Positions 36,013 through 44,120 of a stretch of 49,063 bases of DNA are shown here, one piece after another (the first letter of the stretch is position 1; the number at the start of each line of letters is the position of its first letter). This DNA is from Patescibacteria group bacterium. GTDB lineage: Bacteria > Patescibacteriota > Minisyncoccia > UBA6257 > GWB1-50-10. The notes under the pieces were generated by a model. It was not told where the DNA came from, ran no database searches, and worked only from the letters and a program-made list of their open reading frames with translations. The stretch covers positions 572,202 to 621,264 of the forward strand of contig JANBVK010000001.1 of the NCBI GenBank assembly GCA_024239035.1, given 5' to 3'. A program made the position numbers and the translations under genes.

Positions 36013-36327
36013 ATGGCAGAAATTAATGTTAATGGGAATAAATCATCAAGTGGTGATTTATTCGTTTTTGATATTGAAGTAGTTGAGAATGACACAAAAA
36101 CAGCTCATACGGTTGAGGTGGGGAAGTCGTATTATGAGAAATTGACCAGTGGGAAGATTACTCCAGAGGAATTAGTGAGGAAATCATTTGAGTTTTTACT
36201 TAAGCGAGAACCCAAAGAGTCAATTTTAAAAGAATTTAATATCACAAAAATCTCCTATTATTTTCCTGAGTATGAGGAAGAGATTGCAAATTCTATTTCT
36301 CTAAAGTATGAAGAAGAGAAATCTTAA
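36013..36327 (+). CDS. hypothetical protein
   Basis: 104-aa acidic ORF that overlaps the next gene by 20 nt. Confidence 0.45.
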   Translation: MAEINVNGNKSSSGDLFVFDIEVVENDTKTAHTVEVGKSYYEKLTSGKITPEELVRKSFEFLLKREPKESILKEFNITKISYYFPEYEEEIANSISLKYEEEKS

Positions 36328-38206
36328 GATAGATGTACCGTGGCTCATTTATGACGGTGATTGCAGTTTTTGTCGTTTGTGGATTGAGCGCTGGAAGGAT
36401 ATCACCGGCGAAGAGGTAAGATACGAGCCTTTTCAGTCCCTCGACAAGCTCGGGACTGACCCTGAGCGAAGTCGAATGGGTCAGGAAGTTTCAAAACTTT
36501 TTCCTGAGATTCCACGCGAGAATTTTGTAAAATCTGTCCAGCTTATACTGCCTAACGGCCAGGTTTTTAGCGGTGCCGAGGCAGTATTTTGTTCGCTCAG
36601 CTTGGCTCCCGGGTCTCGGGGCAGGTTGTTTTGGCTTTATCAAAATGTTCCCGGTATGCGGTCCATTACCGAATGGCTTTACCGGTTTGTGGCAGAGCAC
36701 AGGAGCGGTCTTTATAGAGTAACTGTATTTTTATGGGGAAAAGACCTCAGGCGGCCCACCCACTTTTTATCGCGCTGGCTTTTTTTCCGACTCTTGGGAG
36801 TAATTTATTTTATTGCTTTTGTATCTTTTTGGCTGCAGATGGGGGGACTTATTGGTGAGAATGGTATTTTGCCGGTTCAGAATTTTCTCCAGGTAGTAGA
36901 AGACAATGTTGGTTCTGGGCGTTATTTTTCATTTCCGACTCTTGCGTGGCTTAGCGGTAGCGACACCTTTTTAAACTTCTTGGGCTTAGGGGGAGCGTTT
37001 TTATCCATCGCTCTTGTTTTTGGTTTTGCAACGGTGCCGGTTTTAATAATTCTCTGGATGTTCTATTTATCGCTTGTTACGGCGGGTCAGGTTTTTATGT
37101 CTTTTCAGTGGGATATTTTACTTTTGGAGATTGGGTTCTTGGCGATTTTTTTCGCTCCACTCCAGATTTTACCCAGGTTTTCCCGAGAATCACCGCCCCC
37201 GCGTAGTATTTTGTGGCTTTTTAGATTTCTTTTGTTTCGGCTTGTATTTGCATCGGGCGCGGTAAAACTTTTAAGCGGGGATAAAACGTGGCGGGATTTA
37301 ACCGCTCTTAGTTTTCATTATGAAACACAGCCGTTGCCGACGCCGCTCGCTTGGTATATGCACCAACTGCCGCTCTGGTTTCATAAGATATCAACTGTTT
37401 TTATGTTTACAGTTGAGCTTGCCGTCCCTTTTTTAATTTTTGCGCCGCGGCGACTCCGATTTTTCGCAGCCGGATCAATTGCATTCTTGGAAGTGCTCAT
37501 TTTGCTTACGGGGAATTACACTTTTTTTAATTTACTAACACTGATTCTCGCTCTTTTACTTTTAGATGACGCCCTCTTGGCCAGGTTTTTCCCAAAACAA
37601 ATGAAAGAAGAGCTTATAGGAAAAAGAGAGCGAGCAAGGAGCTTTTCTTTTGGGAAATACGCTCTTGGTATCTTTACAGCGGTGATTGTTTTTCTAGGTA
37701 GCGTTCAGCTCGTAGGGATGTTTTCTAGTAGTGGTGTGCCGGCAGTGCAGATAGTGAGGCGGATCGCGCCGTTTCATATTGTAAATAACTATGGACTTTT
37801 TGCAGTGATGACTACTGCCCGGCCTGAAATTATTATTCAGGGAAGTAATAATGGTGAGGTGTGGGAGGATTACGGATTTAAATACAAACCGGGCGACCCG
37901 GAGCGAGCGCCGCCCGTAGTTGCACCACACCAGCCGCGTTTAGACTGGCAGATGTGGTTTGCGGCTCTTTCTCCATACGAACAAAACCCTTGGTTTGTGA
38001 ATTTTATGGCTCGACTTCTCCAGGGTTCGCCCGAAGTATTGGCGCTTTTGGATAAAAATCCTTTTCCTCTCGAACCCCCACTCTTTGTTCGGGCTGTGCT
38101 CTACGACTACCACTTTACTGATTTTCCCACCAAACGCGGTGAGGGGACATGGTGGAGAGGAGAACTTAAGGGCTTATATTTCCCATCGGTTACGCTTAGT
38201 GGTTAA
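36308..38206 (+). CDS. DCC-type thiol-disulfide oxidoreductase (DUF393) fused to lipase-maturation-factor (LMF) membrane domain
   Basis: N-terminal YDGDCSFCRLW motif, then a ~500-aa multi-TM region with a C-terminal PRLDWQMWFAAL motif as in the LMF1 family. Confidence 0.6.
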   Translation: MKKRNLKIDVPWLIYDGDCSFCRLWIERWKDITGEEVRYEPFQSLDKLGTDPERSRMGQEVSKLFPEIPRENFVKSVQLILPNGQVFSGAEAVFCSLSLAPGSRGRLFWLYQNVPGMRSITEWLYRFVAEHRSGLYRVTVFLWGKDLRRPTHFLSRWLFFRLLGVIYFIAFVSFWLQMGGLIGENGILPVQNFLQVVEDNVGSGRYFSFPTLAWLSGSDTFLNFLGLGGAFLSIALVFGFATVPVLIILWMFYLSLVTAGQVFMSFQWDILLLEIGFLAIFFAPLQILPRFSRESPPPRSILWLFRFLLFRLVFASGAVKLLSGDKTWRDLTALSFHYETQPLPTPLAWYMHQLPLWFHKISTVFMFTVELAVPFLIFAPRRLRFFAAGSIAFLEVLILLTGNYTFFNLLTLILALLLLDDALLARFFPKQMKEELIGKRERARSFSFGKYALGIFTAVIVFLGSVQLVGMFSSSGVPAVQIVRRIAPFHIVNNYGLFAVMTTARPEIIIQGSNNGEVWEDYGFKYKPGDPERAPPVVAPHQPRLDWQMWFAALSPYEQNPWFVNFMARLLQGSPEVLALLDKNPFPLEPPLFVRAVLYDYHFTDFPTKRGEGTWWRGELKGLYFPSVTLSG

Positions 38207-38223
38207 CGGCGGTGATAGGAAGT

Positions 38224-38413
38224 AGAGAAGTGTTTATTCCTTCATCAGCCGAAGTTTCCATTCGGATAAATTATCCTCGCTCAAATTAAGAAGGGACAAA
38301 AAATATCGAACTCGCTACGCTCAGACAACGATATTTTTCTACTTCTTTAAATTTTCACTCGGTAATTTATGCACCTCATTCCAACGGGCTGATTCAGAAA
38401 CAAAAACTTCTCT
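38224..38413. repeat. 190-nt registered imperfect palindrome / long hairpin upstream of mgtC
   Basis: Four co-linear perfect blocks: 38224-31/38406-13, 38244-50/38387-93, 38266-73/38363-70 and 38299-308/38329-38. All are centred on ~38318. Confidence 0.75.
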
Positions 38414-38508
38414 TATTGGTGAAGTGGTGAAAAAATTATCAGCTACTTTTTGAGGTAAGTATCTGAGTGTTGGGGGGAAATTGTGGGTGTGGTAAAATAA
38501 AGTTACAT

Positions 38509-38964
38509 ATGGAATTAATTGGCGGGAACTTAGATATTTTCTTACGGCTTGTGGCAGCTATGGTTTTGGGCGGCGCGTTGGGTCTTGAGCGTTGGCTTGC
38601 CGGGAAAATGGCGGGAGTGAGAACATACGCCCTTATAAGTGTTGGGTCTGCTCTTTTTGTCATTGTCTCAATCGTTGTGTCGGAACAGTTCGTGGGGATT
38701 ACTGTTTTTGATCCTTTACGGGTGGCTTCTCAAATTGTTGTGGGTATTGGTTTTATTGGTGCCGGTCTAATCATATTTAAAGAATCGAAAGTGAGAGGAC
38801 TTACAACCGCCGCCGGGCTCTGGGTTGCCGCTGGCATCGGTATGGCTACGGGGTTCGGCTTATATTCAATAGCGGTTTTTACAACCCTACTTACACTATT
38901 TATTTTCACCGTTCTTTGGTTTATAGAGAAAAGAGCGATTATCAAGAAAAAGAAACCAGGGTAA
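38509..38964 (+). CDS. mgtC: MgtC/SapB-family membrane protein
   Basis: LRLVAAMVLGGALGLER...GVRTYALISVGSALF signature. The start was trimmed to ATG 38509. Confidence 0.8.
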   Translation: MELIGGNLDIFLRLVAAMVLGGALGLERWLAGKMAGVRTYALISVGSALFVIVSIVVSEQFVGITVFDPLRVASQIVVGIGFIGAGLIIFKESKVRGLTTAAGLWVAAGIGMATGFGLYSIAVFTTLLTLFIFTVLWFIEKRAIIKKKKPG

Positions 38965-38998
38965 GCGGCTTGTGGTGTGGGAGAGTCTTGTGGTTTTG

Positions 38999-39034
38999 AA
39001 AAAGAAAACCCGCCATATCCGAAGACATGGCGGG
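38999..39034 (-). terminator. intrinsic terminator of the minus-strand islet-4 gene
   Basis: CCCGCCAT (39009-39016) pairs with ATGGCGGG (39027-39034). On the minus strand it is followed by TTTTCTTTTT. Confidence 0.7.
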
Positions 39035-39067
39035 GAGCAGTGATTTTGCTCGATGCTGGTTATTCCC

Positions 39068-39409
39068 TCAGAGAGTGGGAAGGAGTTTATGAATGAAGGA
39101 ACAGCCGTGGTTGGACTGGGGAACGTAGGCGCCGAGTTTCAGTTGATATTTCTTGACCAACTCGGTGAGCGTGCTGCGGAAGTGACTCTGGAAATCTTCG
39201 TGCTGGGTCTTGTTGAAAAAACGAGTGTTCGCAATGATCCAGGGGCGTCCCTCCTCGTCGTAGATCACCGTGACACCGTTGTTGTCGTCGTAGGTGTTCG
39301 GCGTTCCGTATTTGACGAAGACGTCTCCGATCGCTCCCGGCACCTCGGATGTTCCGAGAGCCGAGAAGAAACCGAGATCCAACAGAACGTGAGAGAGTTT
39401 TGTACCCAT
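39068..39409 (-). CDS. hypothetical protein (GC-rich islet 4)
   Basis: On the minus strand, AAGGAGG lies 6 nt upstream of ATG 39409 and a terminator follows. Hand count is 36/60 G+C at 39241-39300. The two other overlapping ORFs are shadow frames. Confidence 0.55.
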   Translation of the reverse strand: MGTKLSHVLLDLGFFSALGTSEVPGAIGDVFVKYGTPNTYDDNNGVTVIYDEEGRPWIIANTRFFNKTQHEDFQSHFRSTLTELVKKYQLKLGAYVPQSNHGCSFIHKLLPTL

Positions 39410-39514
39410 CTTGCGCCTCCTTAAGGCATCTTGCGGGTCTGCACTCAAGATGAATTCTCAAGCATCTTTTGCGATTTTATCACGTTATCTACCATTTGTC
39501 GACGGTGAATATTG

Positions 39515-39598
39515 TGCCCGGGGTGGGGGTCGAACCCACATGATCTTGCGATCACAGGATTTTGAGTCCTGCGCGTCTGCCAATTCCGCCACCCGGGC
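39515..39598 (-). tRNA. tRNA-Leu (anticodon CAA)
   Basis: Minus-strand cloverleaf with acceptor GCCCGGG/CCCGGGC, anticodon arm CAGGA-CTCAAAA-TCCTG, a long variable arm, T arm GTGGG-TTCGACC-CCCAC and discriminator A. No encoded CCA. Confidence 0.9.
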
Positions 39599-39643
39599 AG
39601 ATTTTTATTGATAATGACACAAAGATAACGTACAGTAAAGATT

Positions 39644-40402
39644 ATGGCTCGTGTTATCGCAATCTGTAATCAGAAAGGCGGTGTTGGGAAAACAACAACG
39701 GCGATGAATCTATCAGCCTACCTTGCGATCTCAGGCAGGAAGACACTGCTTATTGATTTTGATCCGCAGTTTAATGCAACGGTTGGTTTGGGTATCCGTC
39801 ATTTACCCGACGAGACAATCTATCATGTGTTACTTGCTGGGCAAGCGCCGGAGAAAGCCATAAAACAAACATTTCTTGCAAATTTTAATATGGTTCCGGC
39901 CTCAGCCGATTTAGCTGGAGCGCTCATAGAATTAGTCAATATGCCCGATCGTGAAAGATATCTTAGAAATTTTGTTGAAAAAGTGAGCCCGGACTACGAT
40001 TTTGTTTTAATTGATTTGGGTCCCAGTTTAAATCTTTTAACAATAAACGGACTTCTCGCTGCCGATGAGGTAATTATTCCTGTTCAATGTGAGTATTATA
40101 GTTTAGAGGGCTTGACCCAACTTTTGGAGACTATTAATCTAATAAAACAAAATCTAGAACACCCCCTAAAGGTAGCGGGAGCACTCCTTACTATGTATGA
40201 CAAGCGGGAAAAGCTTTCCCGGGAAGTTGCGAGAGAAGTGAGGCGTCGGTTTCCTTACAGGGTCTATAATATTGAAATTCCCCGCTCGGTGGGTCTTGCT
40301 GAGGCGCCGAGTTTCCAAAAACCGGTTATATTCCATGCTCCTCAGAGTGCTGGTGCTCTGGCCTACGAGCGGCTGGCGAACGAATTAATTGAGCAAACCT
40401 AA
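39644..40402 (+). CDS. parA: ParA/Soj chromosome-partitioning ATPase
   Basis: Deviant Walker A NQKGGVGKTT. 252 aa. Confidence 0.9.
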   Translation: MARVIAICNQKGGVGKTTTAMNLSAYLAISGRKTLLIDFDPQFNATVGLGIRHLPDETIYHVLLAGQAPEKAIKQTFLANFNMVPASADLAGALIELVNMPDRERYLRNFVEKVSPDYDFVLIDLGPSLNLLTINGLLAADEVIIPVQCEYYSLEGLTQLLETINLIKQNLEHPLKVAGALLTMYDKREKLSREVAREVRRRFPYRVYNIEIPRSVGLAEAPSFQKPVIFHAPQSAGALAYERLANELIEQT

Positions 40403-40450
40403 ACTTGCCCTGAGCGGAGGCCCTATTTGAGCCAGACCGAAGTCGAAGGG

Positions 40451-40459
40451 TTATCCACA
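40451..40459 (+). promoter_or_regulatory. perfect DnaA-box consensus TTATCCACA
   Basis: Exact 9-mer located 14 nt upstream of the -35 at 40473. A second exact copy is at 5938-5946. Confidence 0.3.
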
Positions 40460-40472
40460 GTTAATATGGGGG

Positions 40473-40500
40473 TTGACGCACCCTGAGAAACGAGTATCAT
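40473..40500 (+). promoter_or_regulatory. putative promoter inside the parA-parB spacer
   Basis: GGGGG-TTGACG (40473-40478), 16-nt spacer, TATCAT (40495-40500). Confidence 0.45.
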
Positions 40501-40504
40501 TTTT

Positions 40505-40801
40505 TCTTAGTTCGAGCTTTTTGGAGGATGTTTGTTTGATTTCGAGGAGGAGAGCGTACGACTCTGAATTGGTGTCAGGCATTCGTTTTTCTAAAGATCA
40601 CGAACTACGTGCTTGCGCGTTTTGCTAAAACAGAGGAAGGTAAGCAATTAGTTTTTAGCAATCGGAGTACTTCATATTTCGAGGTGTTCTTTCTTAAGAA
40701 ATTAATTTATTTTACTCGAAATAAAATTTGAAGGAAACGATTGTAAGAGGCTTGTTGTTCGCCCCTCTGTTTTAGTGTTTATAGTAAACACTTTTCTTTT
40801 T
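40505..40801 (+). ncRNA. candidate structured leader / small RNA upstream of parB
   Basis: 12-bp perfect long-range helix 40625-40636/40764-40775, competing 8-bp helix 40623-30/40653-60, and 9-bp helix 40675-83/40715-23. A terminal hairpin 40775-81/40785-91 is followed by TTTTCTTTTT just before the parB ATG. Confidence 0.35.
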
Positions 40802-40826
40802 AATAAATTAGTAATAACATAAAAAC

Positions 40827-41825
40827 ATGTTAGGCAAGGGTTTAGAATCGCTCATACCCAAAAAAAATAGCGACGAGCGACAAACAACAAGTGATCAGGA
40901 TCAACGGGCGTCTCAGGAAGATAAGACTGAGTATGTTCCGCGGCACGAACATATTAAGTCGTTCGGTTCGGAGCGCCCGAACATAAACGAAGATTTCAGA
41001 GAAAGAGTAAAAAGCGTGCAGTCTCATCCACGACCGGTAAAACAGGATGCAGTTTTTCATATTGAGGTAGAAAAAATTAAACCCAACCCCTACCAACCTC
41101 GTCGCGACTTTAATGAGGAGAGTTTAGCGGAGCTTGCCCAATCAATTCGCGAGCTTGGCATTATTCAACCTCTTATTGTCACAAAAGTGGAAAAGGAAAC
41201 AGAAACAGGCGCCGACGTTGAATATCAGCTTGTCGCTGGTGAACGTCGTTTGATGGCAGCGAAACTTGCCGGCCTGGAACGCGTGCCAGCCGTGGTGAAA
41301 CAAATTAATCTTCACCGCGCTAAACTTGAGATAGCCCTTGTTGAAAATATCCAGCGGAGTAATTTAAATTCACTGGAACGCGCCAGGGGTTATGCCAGGC
41401 TCCAAGATGAGTTTGGTTTAACCCAGAGAGATATATCTACTCGTGTTGGTAAGAGCCGGGAAACAGTCGCTAATACCCTCCGTCTTTTAAATCTTCCTAC
41501 TCAAATTCAGGAAGCCCTTGCTCAAAATAAGATTAACGAGTCTCAAGCAAGAACCCTTCTTGCAATATCTGATATTAGTGAGCAAAACAGAATTTTTCAA
41601 AATCTCTTGGCAGGGCAGGTGAGTGTTCAGGGGATCCGGGAGGAGCAAGAATCCCGGTCAGCTGATCCGGAAAAAAAGTATTGGGAGCGGCGGCTTGAAG
41701 AGCATTTTGGAGCACCGGTCAAAGTTATGCGACGGAACGGAAAAGGAAAAATGGTTGTCCGGTTTCACTCTAACGAAGAATGGAGGGGGATTTTGGATAA
41801 ATTACTTGGTTCAGAGAGTGAGTAA
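40827..41825 (+). CDS. parB: ParB/Spo0J partition protein with extended N-terminal linker
   Basis: N-terminal LGKGLESLIP, ParB box GERRLMAAKLAG, and an HTH region. Confidence 0.9.
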   Translation: MLGKGLESLIPKKNSDERQTTSDQDQRASQEDKTEYVPRHEHIKSFGSERPNINEDFRERVKSVQSHPRPVKQDAVFHIEVEKIKPNPYQPRRDFNEESLAELAQSIRELGIIQPLIVTKVEKETETGADVEYQLVAGERRLMAAKLAGLERVPAVVKQINLHRAKLEIALVENIQRSNLNSLERARGYARLQDEFGLTQRDISTRVGKSRETVANTLRLLNLPTQIQEALAQNKINESQARTLLAISDISEQNRIFQNLLAGQVSVQGIREEQESRSADPEKKYWERRLEEHFGAPVKVMRRNGKGKMVVRFHSNEEWRGILDKLLGSESE

Positions 41826-41829
41826 AGAC

Positions 41830-43530
41830 TTATCTGTTAAATTTGCACCGTACCTCCCTTGTTTCCGGAATCTTTTTAAGTTTCACGAGTATCTTTTTAA
41901 TTTTTGACTCAGGTAGTGCATTACACCTAATAGTCACGATAGAGAAAGCCATTCGTTCATCGGTTTGGCTGTTTAAATAGGTGAGATTGATTTTAAATTC
42001 AGTAAAGATACTAGTAACCTCTTTTAAATATCCCGGTCGGTCTTTGTTTGTAATTTTAAACTCCATACCCGGAGCCTCGGCTCTTTTCTTAAAACTTTTG
42101 AATTTAGAACGGACAAAGCTCTGGATATGGTCTTTGGCAAGTGATGTTTTAGTGAATCGGAGCCAACTTTCTGAAGGTTTTTTGCCGCGTTGGGTCATAA
42201 TCTCAACCATATCACCGGAATTGAGCTCATAATCTAAAGGGACGATGCGACCGTTAATCTTTGCTCCGATACACTGGTTGCCGATTTCGCTGTGAATCCT
42301 ATAAGCGAAATCCACGGGAGTTGCTCCGGCCGGCAGATCAATAACATCGTTGTGAGGAGTGATTACGAAAATTCTATCTTTAAAGAACTCAACTTTTAGC
42401 GATTCAATAAATTTTTTCTCATCTGAAAATGACTTTTGCCAGTTTCGAAGTTGTTCAACCCATAGAAGTTCTTTACGGGAGGTAACCCCACCCCAGTTTT
42501 TAGAATGCTTTTTGGAGCTTTTAATTTGCTGGTATGCCCAATGGGCAGCGATACCGAACTCATTTTCTTCGTGCATTTCTTGGGTGCGGATTTGAAATTC
42601 CGTGATTTTGTTGTCTAGGCAAAATACCGTGGTATGGAGACTGCGGTAGCCGTTTGGTTTAGGCGTTGCGATGTAGTCTCTTATTCGACTGGGTAGCGGT
42701 GGCCACATTTTATGGATTATACCTAGAGCCGCATAGCAGTCCTCAATGTTTTTCACGATGATTCGGAGTGCTACAAAATCATAAATTTTCTCCGGGTCCA
42801 TATCATAACGGAGAAGTTTTTTATAGAGGCTTGAATAACGCTTAGCCCGCGAATCTACAATTACCGGGTAGATTCCGTTTTTCTCGAGCAATTTCTTGAT
42901 GACTGGTTTTATCTTTTCTGCGTATGCTGCTCGTTCTTGGTATTGCTCTTTAACGTTTTCTAACAGCCACTTATATTCCTCTGGGTAAAGGTAGGGGAAG
43001 GCGAGATCTGCCAGTTCACCGCTTAGTCCCTGCATGCCGAGCCGGTAGGCGAGCGGGGCGTAAATTTCAGTTGTCTCCCATGCCTTCTGCTTTTGCAGCT
43101 CGGGGGGCAGGAATTTAAGGGTTTGCATATTGTGGCGGCGGTCAGCAAGTTTGATGATAACAACGCGCAGATCATTGCTGAATGATAAGATGAACTTTCG
43201 CAGAGTTTCCACATCAGGATCTTTATCAGAATATTTAATTTTTTTAAGCTTAGTGAGTCCGCTTACCAGAGACGCTACTTCTTTTCCAAATCTTTTTTCA
43301 ATGTCCTTGAGAGTATAATCAGTATCTTCGACAACGTCATGAAGAAGAGCCGCGGCTATTGACGGTTCGTAAAGGTTCCATTCATGGACAGTTTTGGCAA
43401 CTTCCAGGCAGTGGGAGATGTAGGGGTCACCGCTTCTGCGTTTGGTGTCCTTATGGGCCGACCGGGCAAACTCATAAGCTTTTATTACTGCACCACCCGC
43501 TGGATACTTTTGGAGCCACTGGGTTGACAT
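41830..43530 (-). CDS. rel: bifunctional (p)ppGpp synthetase/hydrolase, Rel/SpoT homologue
   Basis: HD hydrolase (HDVVEDT), synthetase core, TGS (ITPHNDVIDLPAGATPVDFAY) and a C-terminal ACT-like domain. 566 aa. Confidence 0.85.
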   Translation of the reverse strand: MSTQWLQKYPAGGAVIKAYEFARSAHKDTKRRSGDPYISHCLEVAKTVHEWNLYEPSIAAALLHDVVEDTDYTLKDIEKRFGKEVASLVSGLTKLKKIKYSDKDPDVETLRKFILSFSNDLRVVIIKLADRRHNMQTLKFLPPELQKQKAWETTEIYAPLAYRLGMQGLSGELADLAFPYLYPEEYKWLLENVKEQYQERAAYAEKIKPVIKKLLEKNGIYPVIVDSRAKRYSSLYKKLLRYDMDPEKIYDFVALRIIVKNIEDCYAALGIIHKMWPPLPSRIRDYIATPKPNGYRSLHTTVFCLDNKITEFQIRTQEMHEENEFGIAAHWAYQQIKSSKKHSKNWGGVTSRKELLWVEQLRNWQKSFSDEKKFIESLKVEFFKDRIFVITPHNDVIDLPAGATPVDFAYRIHSEIGNQCIGAKINGRIVPLDYELNSGDMVEIMTQRGKKPSESWLRFTKTSLAKDHIQSFVRSKFKSFKKRAEAPGMEFKITNKDRPGYLKEVTSIFTEFKINLTYLNSQTDERMAFSIVTIRCNALPESKIKKILVKLKKIPETREVRCKFNR

Positions 43531-43650
43531 AAGTTTTTATTATGGCAGATTATAACGTTTTTGAAAAGAGCGGGGTTGATCCCCCATAACATAAATACTT
43601 ATGTGGGGGATTGACAAATTTTCCCTACTTACTACGCTTGTAATTAGATA

Positions 43651-44097
43651 GGGGATGCGCATGCAATTCCGGAGCGAGTTAGTCAGCCGATGACTGCAGC
43701 GGATTGCGCATCCCCGCTGCGCTTGAAAAAATATTGGGGTCGCCTCACCAACTGTTTTCGTGTGACGCTCGGATTCAGTTCCCTCGGGGTGAGGTTGTCT
43801 GAGGAGGTTTTCTGCCTTCTTGGGCCAACAGCCAGCCCCTCCAGGCTGCTGAAGACCCCTTCTAAATCGCGTGGGGCCGTTAAAGAGGTTTCCTCCGGGG
43901 AGCGTTTGGGACTGTTGTAATCGCCTCTGGAGAGCTTCTACCAGTTATTCTTTGGACACAGCTAGCCTTTAGTCCTAAAGGCAAGACTCACTTTTCTCTG
44001 ATCGCTGGTGGCCCCACGTTTCTACAATCCCAGCGAGCTTCATCGCTCGCTGTATCAGTATCCGCCCTCCGGCAGTTTTGGAGGGCGGCTTTTTTTA
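43651..44097 (+). ncRNA. unidentified GC-rich structured RNA with its own terminator
   Basis: Perfect helices: 43651-61/43705-15 (11 bp), 43743-49/43788-94, 43736-41/43854-59, 43870-78/44010-18 (9 bp), 43966-71/43976-81 and 44031-38/44045-52. Terminator CCGCCCTCC/GGAGGGCGG plus T7 at 44062-44097. Hand count is 37/60 G+C at 43801-43860. The only ORF there is low-complexity. Confidence 0.6.
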
Positions 44098-44120
44098 TAT
44101 CTAAGGTAAGGGTTTGGGGG

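Noticed and set aside
38207-38508. M-box (Mg2+) riboswitch upstream of mgtC
   Set aside because: The conserved M-box core sequence is not present. The region is instead dominated by a simple registered foldback.
39053-39461. Plus-strand 123-aa ORF and second minus-strand 124-aa ORF overlapping the islet-4 gene
   Set aside because: These are shadow ORFs typical of GC-rich DNA. Only the 39409-39068 frame has an AAGGAGG SD at correct spacing and a downstream terminator.
5938-40459. Replication origin inferred from exact DnaA boxes (5938-5946, 40451-40459) and proximity to parAB
   Set aside because: There are only two exact boxes, 34 kb apart. No cluster, no AT-rich unwinding repeats and no dnaA/dnaN were seen. 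These are more likely individual regulatory sites or chance.
39600-41900. parS site (TGTTNCACGTGAAACA) near parAB
   Set aside because: I scanned by eye for GTTTCAC/GTGAAAC cores and found no 16-mer palindrome. It may lie outside the window or be divergent.
43690-43920. 76-aa ORF inside the rel-groES intergenic region
   Set aside because: It has no SD and an Leu/Ser/Arg/Cys-rich low-complexity translation, and it lies entirely within nested GC helices. It is better explained as an RNA.
43651-44097. Calling the structured RNA RNase P RNA, tmRNA, SRP RNA or 6S RNA
   Set aside because: I could not find GGAAAGUCC/ACAGAA (RNase P P4), the 5' GGGG plus T-arm plus ACCA (tmRNA), or the GNRA-capped GUCAGG/AGCAGC (SRP) on either strand. 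The length is wrong for 6S. Left unassigned pending a covariance-model search.
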